Of a stretch of DNA of 64,000 bases, positions 32,261-44,106 are shown in pieces. Position numbers and translations under genes: made by a program. The stretch spans positions 868,001 through 932,000 of the forward strand of contig JANHCV010000012.1 of the NCBI GenBank assembly GCA_025594325.1, written 5' to 3'. Under the pieces are notes generated by a model. The model did not search any database. It was given only the letters and a program-made list of their open reading frames with translations, and was not told the origin of the DNA. The first letter of the stretch is position 1. The number at the start of each line of letters is the position of its first letter. Source of the DNA: Blastocladiella emersonii ATCC 22665. Taxonomy: Eukaryota; Fungi; Blastocladiomycota.

Positions 32261-34186
32261 ATTGAGCGGCGGCCCGCGGGTCGGCTAGGACAGCGAATTT
32301 GCAACCAATTGACGTTCAATCTGCTGCGACTTGATGGCACATTTGATGGCCAATGTGTGAGACGAGCGACCCGGTTGGCGCACGAATTGTTGGCAAATTT
32401 ACACGATGGGGACTGCGTTTTGGTGCAAATTTGCGAGTGTATTGCGTACAGGGAGATATCAGATACAGGTCAGAGCGCCACCGCCGCGGGTCGCGCGGCA
32501 TGCGAGTCGGAATCCCGGCCCGCGCGCGACGACGATGCACGACAAGTAGGTACCCGAGCGGACCGCAGACGCCGTCGCCAGCACCAAGTCTCCGCACTCG
32601 GAGCCGCCGTCCGTGACCCGAACCGCGTGCGCGTCGCACTTGCTGCGATCCGCGGTCAGGTCGCGCCACGACTCCGAGTACAGAAACCGGCTGGGCGAGA
32701 TAGTGGTCAGAGATCGCTGCTACAAGCAAGAAAGGTCCGAGAGCTCATGTGAGTCGCGCTGCGCCTCGGGCGGCGTGTGACGAGGGCGTACCAAGTCGTC
32801 TTAGGAATCGGCACCCTACAGCTTGCGGATCTTGCTCGTCAGATGGGCCATCGAGAGGTGGCGGGTTGATGGTGCAGCGAGAGACCAGTGGTTCACGAGG
32901 GGCTACGAGGAGCAATGTGAGCGAGCATGTCAGTCGCGCGCCAACTCCTGCGTAGCGACGAGAAGAGTCAAGCGTACCTGCGACTGGGACTTGGCCCACG
33001 TGGTGGGCGCGGCCGAACCGCTTGAGCGAGCCTGTCGGCGCTACTGGCGCGAGCGTGCAGCGTGAGTGCATGAGACACGCGGAGGTGGTGTGGCGGAGAC
33101 GGCGTACCGTCGCGAGCGAGGCTGGCTTGATGGTCTCAGGTCCATGAGTCGCCAAATGTCGAGTCCCTGGTGGTGGACGCGCGCCGGCGGCTACGTGGGC
33201 ACCGCACAGGTGTCAGCACCTTTGATGAGCGCGCACGCGGCTGGTAGCCCGGTGGGGTCCACCTGCGCTGCGCCGTGCCGCACCCGAAGTATGAGCGCGG
33301 GGGAGCGCGCGCACGACGGCGCGCACGCGTAGCGGCGACGACGCCGCTGGTCTCACGGTGCGTCGACCGTGGAGCGAGCAGTGGATGACGCGCACCACGC
33401 CGGGCACACCGCTCCGAAACCGCAACACGACGGTCGGCGCGATGGGAGCCAAGCGCGCGGCGGCGGGCGCGGCAGCGGGATGTGACGCGTACCTGTTGAC
33501 GGTGGCCGCATGAATGCCGTGCGTCGAGGTCGCAGTGTGCTTCGTTGTCGGATGGGTGATACATTGCAGCGAGTGGTGATGAGTGAGGGAGCGGGGACCG
33601 CGCGCGGCGTGGCGAAGAGTCACTCGCTCGGCCGACGCGCGCTCGCGCTCAAGTCCACGCCAAGCTGTGTCACGTGCGCGTGACTGACACGTGGTTTTGC
33701 GACGCGTCTCGCACCCCGTCTCGCAATCCGCCGTGCCACGACTCTCGCTCAGTTTCGCTAGCCTTGCAACGCGCGGTTAAAAAAAAAGTTATACTTGAGG
33801 CACCTAGACGCCTCGCGTCTGGTTTTCAATCGAGGGCTAAAGCCCGCGCCACGTTGGGCGCTTGCGCCGTGCGGGGGCCCTTCCGCTTGATCCGTGAGTA
33901 GGCGCTCGTTGAACGAGTCCTTTGCATCACTCCTACTGCGGTGCTTGACGGAGTGGTCGCAGCACAGCGCGCCGCAGCACAGCACGTCGCCCTGCTGCGC
34001 GATGCGCGCGCTTCAACGGAGGGCGGTGTGGCTGGTCGCTCGCGTGGAGTGACGACAGGGCACCGTCATTAGTCACTGGCGCGGCATCAGCGTTCGCGTT
34101 GCAGCGCGGGTGCCAAGCACGCTCCCGCACAGCGCTCGAGGTGATTGCCGTCGCATCAGGAAGTGCAAGGCGCGGTATCGGGAGCC

Positions 34187-35425
34187 TCAGAAGATGATTG
34201 TACATCCGCTTGGGCCATGCGGCAGGCGGCGCGTCCACGACGGCAGCCGTAGTGCGTTTGATACGTTTTGAGCCGCTGATCTGCACTGTGAGCGAGCTGG
34301 AGATGCCGGCGCGGAGGCCGCCCCAGATCTCTTCTGGCAGCTACGGTCAGAACTGGTGTAGATGGGCGCGGGTCGGTAGCTGGTCGGCGAGCACGGGGAC
34401 GGAAGCTCATGAGCGGCGGAGAGCGCGCCTCGCACGATGATGCAGCGGAGCACGGCCCACTCGAGCGAGCATGTTGCGCGGACCCGCACCCTTGGAGAAG
34501 GCGAGAGCATGTTGACGGCCGAATCGACGACGCCATTGTTGTCGAGCTTGAAAGTGAGCATGGCGCCGCGGCGAGCGGACGCGGTGGCGGCGAGGGCGCC
34601 CCCATCGCTCGAAGCTCAAGTGGTTCCCGTTGGGACGCGGGCAGCGAGTTCCAGCGATCCGTTCACGAAGACGCCTATGCCCGCTGCCAGAGTCTGGCAG
34701 ATCCGCGCCTCGTAGCGACCCGTATATGTAAACGGTGTCGAGGGCGATACCGTGTGTGTCCTCGGCGAGGTCAAGCGAGTGAACCGGCCGCACGAAGCCA
34801 GCGGGCTCCGCCACGGCGGCCTCGTCCAAGACGCACACAAGCTGTGCGAGCCGCGGAGCAGGACCACGTACGAGCGAGTCGGATGCTACGTGTCTCCCGA
34901 AGTAATGTAAGTCTACCGGGTTGCAAAATGGGGTTGTCGCTTGGCAAACTCCTGTTAGCTTCTTGAATCCACCCCGGCCACGCATTAGCACTGAGAATTC
35001 GATCGCCATTTTTTTCTTGACACCCGGCTTCCAACCACCCCAACGCTTAATTAGCTCTTTTGTAGCTCTCACCACGATCAGTTCATCACCGTCAAGAACA
35101 GCGCAATCGGCTGAGCCGTTGTGGTGAAAAGTCCAACTTTCTCCAAGGGCAACTCCGACCACCGCGACCACCAGCGAAAAATCCCCCTGACCTCCCCCAT
35201 CACACCCATGTATTGCATTGACCGGAAATCTTTATTTGCGATTTCGACCCTCGCCCGACCCGGCCCAAGAATTGAGTGCAAATTTGCAGCTGGCCGCACA
35301 ATTTGTGATCCGCGATTTCCGATGCCACCCAGATCCAGATCCAAGATAGAGTCGGGAAGCGCCGCAATGAAGGGGATCTTGACGCGAGGCCCGTCCTTGA
35401 AGTCAATCACGTCAACGATGCGCAC
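34187..35425 (-). pseudogene. Decayed paralogue of the C-terminal half of the DUF4470-like gene at 60.9-64 kb
   Basis: RIVDVIDFKDGPRVKIPF resembles LTILDVIDITDGTMSIHF, and FVRPVHSLDLAEDTHGIALDTVYIY resembles AHRPVVIPPQGKAFGLTPALDVSYVY. Split over three frames. Confidence 0.5.
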
Positions 35426-36061
35426 GTGCGCCTCGCCCGTAACCTTATCAACGACGCGTTGGAGCGAGACAGAATTGTGTCGCGCAGGTCGACCCGCGCG
35501 ACGTAGTACGCGTTGTCGAGTACGATTTGCGGCTGACTACTTTCAATGCGGCTGATTACTTTCAGTACGATACAGCGGGCGCGTACACGCCTGACGCTAC
35601 TGACCCTTCTTTCTTATCGCCGGACTAGGCTCGGTTAGCGGGCGTGATCCAGTCGTGGTCGTGGACCCTCGGTGTTGTACTCACTGTCTGTTTCGGGGTC
35701 GCGTCGCACCGCTCTCGCCTTGTTGCGTGCATGTTGAGTTTTGTAGACGCTACCCATCGCCGAGAATGAAATCGTTTCCTTGCGAACGACAACCGAGATC
35801 CATGACCTTGAACTACCTCGGTAATCGGGCGATTCACAAAATTTCAATTTCTTTGCGCTTCAGGAGAAAGAAAAAGACGGATCAAAGCGCGACAGTTTGG
35901 GCGGCCAGATCGAATTCAGTTTGGGGAAACAGCGGGAATAGAGGACCTATTTTTTGCGCCGGCTGTTTCATAATGATTTTTGTGCGACCTTGACGCTGCG
36001 TATGTTGTTGTTCGAAAGCGGTCGCAGTGGTTGGCGACGGAGCTGCAGGCGGGGTCGGAGA

Positions 36062-36100
36062 GCGGTGGCTCAGCGGGTGGCTCAGCGGGTGGCGCAGCAG
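36062..36100. repeat. Short 12-bp tandem repeat (GCGGGTGGCTCA-like, about 3 units)
   Basis: gcggtggctcagcgggtggctcagcgggtggcgcagcag read directly. Confidence 0.7.
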
Positions 36101-37232
36101 TGGGAGACAGCAACGACCAACCGCGCCACTGTCGCTGCGACTTGCCGCGCACTCAAAGACGTTCAAGTAGGTCGCCGCATCAAATAAGCAGTGTCAGAAT
36201 TTTTATTACACCGGGCTGAGGCCAATGCGGGGAGTCGGGGACTTGGAATGAGAGCTAGACCAAGAGAGTTGGGGTTGGGGGCCAGAACTGCAGACGAAGC
36301 TTGGTTCCCGTGAAGGTTGATGTCTCTGATAGGTTTGAATTGCTCAAACAGAAACTCAGCTTCGTTAAAACTACAACTGAGAACTCTTTCCTTGTTATCC
36401 AACGTCCGAGCAGTTTGGTCGCATTCGTTCAGCCCTTAGACGCGTCGATTTATCATGTGTTACCGCGAGACACTTTTTCTCTCTCCCTCGTGTTGCGTGT
36501 CGTTCATGCGGCCGTGACCGCGGTGATCGATCATCTGATCTCGCGTGAGCCGCCCGCAACCCTCGCTCCCGCGCCGCCGCACCCCGCTGCGGCGCGCCCT
36601 GCTTTGTTATCCATTCTCCCCTCTTCCCGTCTTGGGTTCGACGCCGAAGGCAGGAAATAGACATCCCTGACTACTTGTCTCCTGCCTCCTTCTGTCGGCA
36701 TCAACACCTCGACTACTTGACTGCGGGTTGGCGCGAACTACAGCGCGTTGAGTGCGCTGTTTTGCGTCGGCGAGGCCCGCCGTGCCCGCCCAACGAAATG
36801 CGTCACCATCAGATACGCGAGAGGTGTTCATTGACGATCAACAACTCGAGGGGTCACTCGACTCGAACGCGTGGATCCGCGTTGCCGCATCACGCATGGC
36901 CAGGGATGGCCAGGGAGGGGCGCTGACTGTACCTGTGGCGCAGCGCGGTAACACGGGGGGCCGCCTGTCCCAGCCACGCGGGTGCCGCACCCAGGCTGCG
37001 CGCCTTATCCGCGGGTTCTCGCGCTCCCGTCGGCTTCATCGACGCCCGTCGACTCGACCGCCGGAAAAAGGCGATGCGGCCACCGGAACTTGGTGAATCC
37101 GATAGGCCGTGAGCCGGTTCACATTGTTCTCGCAGGGCGACGCGTGTCGCGTACATAAGGGACCGGGTCCCCCGCGACTCGAATCAGGGCTCCCCATCAC
37201 AACCGCGACCACGAAGCAACGTCCCCACCACC

Positions 37233-38612
37233 ATGACATCAACTACCCGCACCGACTACGCGACCGTGCCGCCGGCCATGGACGCCGACGCCGACACGGC
37301 TGTCCGGAAACAAGACTCGGCCGCGTTCCTCGAGGCGAGCGCCGCCGATGATCAGGCCGCGCTCGACCAGCTCGACGGCGGGTTCAAGGCGTGGTCGCAG
37401 GTTGCCGTGTCCTTCTTCGTCTTCTACGCCGTGTTTGGGATCGTCAACTCGTTCGGCCTGTTCGCCGCCCAGTACAAGACGGTCGAGTACCCGGACGCGT
37501 CGCTCTCGGTCATCTCGCTGATCGGCACCCTCACGCCCGTCGCCATGACCGTCGCCAGCCCCTTCTCGGGCCGCCTCGCCGAGTCGTGGGGCTTCCGCAA
37601 CACGCTCGCGCTCGGCGCCGTCGTCTCGGGCGTCTCGCTGCTCCTCGCCAGCTTCGCGACGCAGGTGTGGCACCTGCTGTTGACGCAGGGCGTGCTGTAC
37701 GGCGTCTCGTGCTCGCTCGGCCTCAACCCGGGGCTCGCACTCGTCGCGCAGTGGTGGCAGAAGCGCCGCTCGACCGCTATCGGCATCTCGGTCGCGGGCT
37801 CGGGCGTCGGCGGCCTCGTCAGCGTCAACCTGATCCAGGCCATCATGCCGAGCGTCGGCGTCGCGTGGACCCTGCGCGTGCTCGCCGCCATCAACTTTGC
37901 GCTGCTCGCAATCGCTGCGCTGCTGGCGCGCCCGCGTCTCGCTGCTCCGTCCAAGTCCAACGGCACGGGCGGTGCGCCCGCGCCGCCGCTCCTCAACCTC
38001 GCCCTGTTCCGCGAGAAGCGCTTCATCCTCCTCTACATCGGCCTCGCGCTCAACACGTTCGGATTCCTGGTCCCGCCGTACCTCCTCCCGACCTACGTGG
38101 CCAAGGCGACGCCACACTCGCCGGCCTTTGCGAGCGCGCTGCTCACCGTGTTCAACATCACGTCGATCCTCGGCCGCGTGTCCATGGGCGTGATCGCGGA
38201 CTGCATTGGCAACGTCACGTCGCTCGCGCTGTCGATCCTGGCCTCTGGCGTCTCGGTGCTGACGACGTGGATGCTCGGCGGCACCTCGCAGGCGTGGCTG
38301 TACATTTTCGCGGGCATCTACGGGTTCTCGAGCGGCGGGTTCCTCAGCATCACGCCGAGCTGCGTCGCGCAGCTCTTCGGTGTGGCGACGCTCGCGTCGA
38401 CGCTGGGCCTCATGACCACGAGCAACATCCCGGGGTACGCCGCGGGCACGCCCATTGCCACGGCGCTCATCAGCGAGTCCAAGGGCTCGCTGCCGAGCGG
38501 GCAGTTTGCGCCGGCCATTGGGTTCGCGGGTGCGACGATGATCCTCGGCGGCGTGTTTGTCGTGATCCTGCGCTACATGGTGCTCGACCGCCGTGTCATG
38601 ATCAAAATGTAA
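37233..38612 (+). CDS. MFS transporter, monocarboxylate porter (MCT/Mch-like) family
   Basis: About 12 TM helices; GGFKAWSQV, FGIVNSFGLF, GRLAESWGFR, QWWQKRRSTAIGISVAGSGVGG and GRVSMGVIADCIG motifs; intronless. Confidence 0.92.
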   Translation: MTSTTRTDYATVPPAMDADADTAVRKQDSAAFLEASAADDQAALDQLDGGFKAWSQVAVSFFVFYAVFGIVNSFGLFAAQYKTVEYPDASLSVISLIGTLTPVAMTVASPFSGRLAESWGFRNTLALGAVVSGVSLLLASFATQVWHLLLTQGVLYGVSCSLGLNPGLALVAQWWQKRRSTAIGISVAGSGVGGLVSVNLIQAIMPSVGVAWTLRVLAAINFALLAIAALLARPRLAAPSKSNGTGGAPAPPLLNLALFREKRFILLYIGLALNTFGFLVPPYLLPTYVAKATPHSPAFASALLTVFNITSILGRVSMGVIADCIGNVTSLALSILASGVSVLTTWMLGGTSQAWLYIFAGIYGFSSGGFLSITPSCVAQLFGVATLASTLGLMTTSNIPGYAAGTPIATALISESKGSLPSGQFAPAIGFAGATMILGGVFVVILRYMVLDRRVMIKM

Positions 38613-38689
38613 GCATATATTCCTAGTCCGACACAACCATCAGAAGATGCTGGGAGTAATGATATGGCGATATATTCGAGGGGAAACAT

Positions 38690-40066
38690 GCTGCGTCCTG
38701 GTGATTGTACAAAGAAAAGGCCGCCTCAGTTTGACCGCGCAACTTGAAATGCTTTCAGCCGAGCAAGGCCAACGTCGCTGCTGTGCGCAGAGATGCCTTG
38801 GACCCAGGTCAACTTGGGGAGTGCACGCGCTTCGAGCAACTCCACGACATGGTCGTCCACTCGGTTATACATAAAGATGAAGGCCTCGAGGGAATCGGGG
38901 GGTGCTGGGATGAGCTGCGCCATGGATCGGTTGTCAAGTTGGGCAAAGCCCACATCCAACAAGGCGAGGCAGGGCGCACGCTGAACAAGCGTGACGAGAG
39001 CTTCGAGCGCATCTCGGTCGATTTTGACGAGGTGGAGTCATAAATGCACAATCCGTTCCGCTAGAAGTCCAGCGAAGAGCTGCGCCAGCGCGCTTAAGGC
39101 AAACGTGCCGCCCTGAAGGTCGAGCAGCTGGAGCGTCGCTGGGAGAGCTCGTGCGAATCGCACCACATCGAGCGAGGAAAGCGGCATCCTGCCAATGCAA
39201 AGTGCTTCAAAGCTCGTGGCCTTTGCACTAGCCTGCTCCATGAATCCAGCGAGCCCCTCGTCGATACCAAAGTTGCCTTCAAAATCAAGCGTGGTAAGCG
39301 TGGCAGGAAGTGCTGCAGCCAGGGCCGGTAATTGTTCTGGACTCAGACTGGTCCACGCAAGACGGAGCTCGCGCAGACCCGGAAGTGCGCGACCAGCGAG
39401 CGCACTCGACACGGCATCATCGATCAAGTTGTTTTGTTGTTCAGGACCAGCGCCTTGACCGAGTCGGGAAGCGCAGCAATGATCGCGCTGACCGTGTCTG
39501 CAGCGGGGAGGCAACTCTCCAGCTCAAGTCGGCACAAGTTTGTGAGATGGGGCGTCATCCGGCGCTGCTGTATATCAATTGATTCGCTTTGTCCCGGCGA
39601 AATGGCATCCGAGGCTGCAATCGCTGCTAAATCGCCAGGTGCGAGGCCAGATGCTGGCGAATTCCTATTGTCCAGCCGCGTAGTATCGAGCGCCACGCGC
39701 AGCTGCATGGGCGTAATGAACTGTAAGGTGACGGACGACGTGTGCGCACGCCAGAAAGCGACGACGTCGTCAAATGTCCTGATTTAGCGCCTCGAGAGCG
39801 TCATTAGGATCCACGGTCAAGTCCATGCCGCAGTCTCGATGCAGCTCCAAGAGAGCCAGGTTTCCTGTTCGTGTCGCGTGCTTGACGCTGAGGCTCGGAC
39901 AGCGCCGCAGAACGGCACGCGTGACGTTCAAAATGGACGCGCGAGGCATCACGTTGAGGTACGGGCGCATCGCGCACACGTCGTCGGCCGGGTGCGCGTT
40001 TACCGCGCGAACCAAGACGGCCTCGATGATGTCGGCCACGGCAAGCTTAGGTTGCACCAAGTCCAT
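38690..40066 (-). pseudogene. N-terminal helical/ankyrin-like domain plus RNI-like LRR family member (stops and frameshifts)
   Basis: N-terminus MDLVQPKLAVADIIEAVLVRAV aligns with the 56928 copy. LRR segments are distributed over ORFs 39424..39708, 39038..39514 and 38726..38962. Confidence 0.7.
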
Positions 40067-40301
40067 GATTCATTCGATGCGTGTGTGATGCATGGCAGGT
40101 GGGGTCGCGGAGGAGGAACCCGGCTGCGCTCAGCGAACGAACGAGGCTCGCACGCTGAAACCGCTCACGTGTGTGGCGCAACGCGACTTTGAATTCTCAC
40201 TGCTTGGACACAGGTCCTAAAGCCGTGGAGCAGACAACCCAAATACAGCTGTCGCGCAATGAATTAGAAGAGTGTATTGACAAGCTCATCGTTCAAATGA
40301 T

Positions 40302-41675
40302 TCAAGACGAGCTATCATAGTTGCCGTTGGGACACTGCTTGGCAAAGAAATCCCGTGCGCTCGAGTGGTTGATCATGCGGTTTCTCGCGACTTGGAGCAA
40401 AGCAAACTCGGGCGATAGCGAGGAGATGAGGACCTTGATCGACTTGTCATCGAGACTGCAGTTCTTGAGACACAACGTCTTGAGCGAACGGGGAATGCCA
40501 GGTGCAAGTGCTTCAACACTTGCCAGAGCCAACTTGTTGCCCGAGAGATCGAGCTCGAGCAGCGTTTCCGGAAATGCTTGTGCGAGAACTGCGACCAAGT
40601 CTGGCGTATCAAGGCCGCATTTCGTCAGCGTGAGCTTTTGAAGAGTTGACGGCATGCGTGCGGCGAGAGCGTGAACGGCGGGCTGCCCGGGCTCACCATC
40701 CTCGCCGTCATCGTCCAGTTGCGTGCGATCGATTGAGAGCGTTCGCAGGCGCTGCGGGAGACCACGAGCAAGCGAGCGCATTGCAGCAGGCGGCAGCTCG
40801 CACCCGGTAATCTCGAGCACCGCCAAAGTTGAGGGCAGCAAGTCGAGTCCGATGCCGCGACCAAAGTAAATGTTCTTGAGGGCCAGCGACTCGACGCCTT
40901 CGGGAAGCCACGGGCCGCGGAGGAACTCGGCCTCGTAGTCGATGGGGATCCTCCGTAAAATCACCACACGCATGGAGGGAGGGAGGCGCATCGATTGGAT
41001 GAGCGGCAAGGTGATCACCGAGTCCGTGAAGGAAATCGTGTCCACGATGCAACCGGGCTCCTCCGAAAGCAGGTGGGCAATCAGCTTGGCTCCACCTTGG
41101 GTGAGCCGCACGTACATGAAGTGAAGCCGATTATCAGCGCCCGAGGCAAGCTGGTCATAAGTATCGAGAATGGACAAGTCGCCAGTGGTCGCCAGGACGC
41201 AGCCATGAACCTATTGGGAACAACAAGTCAGACGGGTGTCGGCTACGAGCTTCAAAGCAAAGTTGTACCGTTTTTTTGCTGCGCCAGCGTGAGCTTCTAC
41301 GGCTTCGGATATTCATAGCAGAGGAACCTCGCCCGGATCAAGTTTCAGCGGGAGTCCGGACTCTCGCCACCAAGCGGCAACGTCGTAGTGGTGATTGAGC
41401 CAGGCATTGACCAGGGCTTTCTTGGTGTAGTTGAGCGGCAAACCCGAGCGGACCCACTCGTCGAGGACAGCGATGCGGCCAGCCTCGCTCGCCTTGTCGA
41501 TCGAGAAGGCCGTCGCGTGGCACAATACAGCCTTGTGCACCGCTTGACCGTGCACACGTGGGAGAACGCGGAGGTAATTGAGCATCGCGGCGGTGTCGCC
41601 TGGGTCGCTCGCGTAAACCGCGAGTTCAAGGGCCCGCTCAACGATGCCGTACGGGATGCGCATGGTGGCTCGCAT
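40302..41675 (-). pseudogene. Ankyrin-like plus RNI-like LRR family member, split by a frameshift/stop near 41313; probable 58-nt intron near 41211..41268
   Basis: N-terminal ORF SIDKASEAGRIAVLDEWVRSGLPLNYT is followed by an LRR ORF (LPSTLAVLEITGC, PETLLELDLSGNKL, PRSLKTLCLKNCSL). Confidence 0.7.
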
Positions 41676-42931
41676 AGAGTTGATTCATTCAAATTCGTAT
41701 GTTGCATGCGTCTCGGGCTCAAGGCAGGGAGCGAAAAGCGTGGGACACGCGTTCGGCGAACCAGGGGGGCTAAGTGCTGCGGCGAACCAGGGGTTCTGGG
41801 CTGAGCGTCGCGTCCCGTTTCACTTTCGCGTGATGGTGCGCGCTGTCGTGACACTTGTCGCTGCCCGCAGCCCTCTCGCTTCCCCTCCATCGCACACTCT
41901 CCATGTAACCGACTCAAGGCTTGCTGCAATGTATACTCGCGCCCACTTTATGCATCCTTGCTGAGCCGCCCGGCGTCCGGCTGACGGCTGCCGATCCCGT
42001 AGCCCGGCGGTTGAGCCCGAACAGCAGCCCTGTGTCGGCGAGCGGCATCTTGCTCGATTGGCTTGATCGGAATCGCTGCATTTGGTTTATTTTGCGCGAT
42101 GATATCGCGGTGATGACGCCGACTTGGTGAGTGAGGCGTGCAATCAGATTTACAAGCACTCCCCGATGGTACGTCTCGGGCCGCTCCTCCCCGTCGCGGC
42201 CCCGTTGGGTACTTACCCGACCAATGGCCGAGTAGCTTATTCGGGCGAAGTGTAAGTGAATGTCCTCGCTGGCACCGCACTCGAGCAGCTAATCCTCGTG
42301 CTCCGCGTCATCTTGCGCGACGTTGATGACGAAGGCCTTGATTAACGCATCAGCAAGTCGGGTCACTGCGCAGCCGCCGTGGAACTGATTGTCGGACCTC
42401 GACCGCTTCCCTGGGAATCGACTGAATGAACCGCTCAACTCACAGCACATCCGCCGCGCAGCTGGAGCAGTAGTCGGGCAACACGTGGAGTGTTCAGAAC
42501 TCTAGCGGTCCTCGTGCCTCAAGATCGGTTTAGATTCGCCGCATCCCGCCCAGGGTTAGGAGTAGCCCGTAAGGCGGGGGAAAAGAATGGACGATGGAGA
42601 CGACTGGCCACTCCTCGTCGTTGGTCTCACGCACGCGGCGGCAGCCTCCTCGCACTCGGATTTGACTCGAGCAAGCGCAGGACGCGCGCGAGCGGCGTGA
42701 AAGCAGCGCGTCGCTCGCGCGCGTGCTGTGGGTGCGCTGGGTCGCGCTCAGTCGTGTTGTGTGAGTTGTCGCCGCGTCAACTGCCACGTCGTAGTCCAGA
42801 ATACATCTCGCTGCTTGCAATCGAGTAAAGTGGAGCAAAATGGGGATGTGTCTGTTTATCTCTGCGATCGATCGAGAGCGCCAACTGAGGGTGGGATATT
42901 TTGTACAGGAAGAGCGGGAGGGAACCCGAGC

Positions 42932-43630
42932 TTAGAGCGACTGCTGCGCGGTCTCGGCGCCGCCCGACTGGATGGCGCCCTTGAGCGGGGACGCGGCGAA
43001 CTCGAGCTTGGCGTGAGCCGTGGCGTGATCGTGCTCCTCGTCGGGGCTGGTGCGGACGATGACGACGGGGACGGTCGCGTGGTGGGCGACGTAGTCGGAG
43101 ACAGAGCCCAGCAGCGTGCGCTTGAGTGCGCCGAGACCGCGCGACCCGATGACGATCGCGTCGGCGGCGACCTCGCGCGCCTTGCGCACGATATCGGCGC
43201 GCGGGTCCCCACGGATCGCGTAGCCCGTGATCTCCTGCGGCACGACCGACGGCGTGTCCTCGGCGTTCGCGTCGGTGATGTACTTGGCGTAGACGCGGAT
43301 CAGGTCGTGCGAGTTGTCGCGCGCGGCCGCCTCCATGCGGTTCACGGCGACGAGCAGGTCCGCGCCCAGGTCGGCAAAGTAGATCTGCTGGTACGGGCGC
43401 ACGTTGACGAGGACGACGCGGTCCGACGCGCGCAGAAAGTGGCGCTTGGCCCAGCGGACCGTGGCGGTGGACTGCAGGCTCGCCTCGACGGGGATCAGGA
43501 CCGTGCGCGTCGGCGCGGCGGCGGCAGCGGCAGCGGGGGCCGAGTGCACCGAGGCCGTGTCGACGGCGTGCTCCTCGGGCGTGTGCAGGTGCTGCTGGGC
43601 CTCGGGGATGGTGTTGGCGGGGTTGGTCAT
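42932..43630 (-). CDS. Universal stress protein (UspA family)
   Basis: RTVLIPVEAS, GDPRADIVRKA, DAIVIGSRGLGALKRTLLGSVSDYVAHHATVPVVIVR. Confidence 0.95.
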   Translation of the reverse strand: MTNPANTIPEAQQHLHTPEEHAVDTASVHSAPAAAAAAAPTRTVLIPVEASLQSTATVRWAKRHFLRASDRVVLVNVRPYQQIYFADLGADLLVAVNRMEAAARDNSHDLIRVYAKYITDANAEDTPSVVPQEITGYAIRGDPRADIVRKAREVAADAIVIGSRGLGALKRTLLGSVSDYVAHHATVPVVIVRTSPDEEHDHATAHAKLEFAASPLKGAIQSGGAETAQQSL

Positions 43631-43703
43631 TGTTGATGCGTTGGCTGCTTCTTGGGAGGAGAAGGGGATGGAGAGCAAGAGGCCGAGGGAGGCGGGGGGA
43701 GCA

Positions 43704-43718
43704 GCCGCTCTTTATACG
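43704..43718 (-). promoter_or_regulatory. TATA-containing element CGTATAAAGAGCGGC upstream of the USP gene
   Basis: Lies 74 bp upstream of the ATG; identical to 2375..2389. Confidence 0.6.
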
Positions 43719-44106
43719 GTCGCCCGCTGCCTCTTCGCTGCGCGGAAACGTGCGAAGTGAGGCCTGCGGTGACGCCGCGTGGGTCAGAGCTGCTCGCTCG
43801 GCTGCGCGTTGGGTTGTTGACGCGATCCGTGTTGACAGGTGCGCGGCGCGGCGAAGCGTCGGCTTCCTCTTCCGAGGCACTGCAGGGACCCACGCGTCCC
43901 ACTGCCGGTGACGCGACATGACGCACCGTGACGCAACGTGTGGTAAGGTTGAGCATTGCGCCACGATTGGCAGGGTGCGCCACACCGCAACGGGTCGCGT
44001 GACGCGCGCAACGCTTTCGCTCCTCCTCCCCTTCGGCTTCGCGACGACCGGACTCCAGCGCCACGACGACGCGACCACCACGAAGCAACGACCACGAACG
44101 AAGTGC

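Noticed and set aside
32300-33620. Coding-like minus-strand segments
   Set aside because: Multiple frames and stops with no identifiable family; counted only as part of the decayed island.
35780-35830. FKVMDLGC peptide resembling a methyltransferase motif I on the minus strand
   Set aside because: Flanked by stops with no other Rossmann motifs; likely chance or an unrecognisable relic.
356-42490. Scattered CACGTG E-boxes in intergenic DNA (e.g. ~357, ~14256, ~23504, ~33671)
   Set aside because: Plausible bHLH sites, but CpG-rich hexamers are common in this genome; enrichment cannot be shown without counting.
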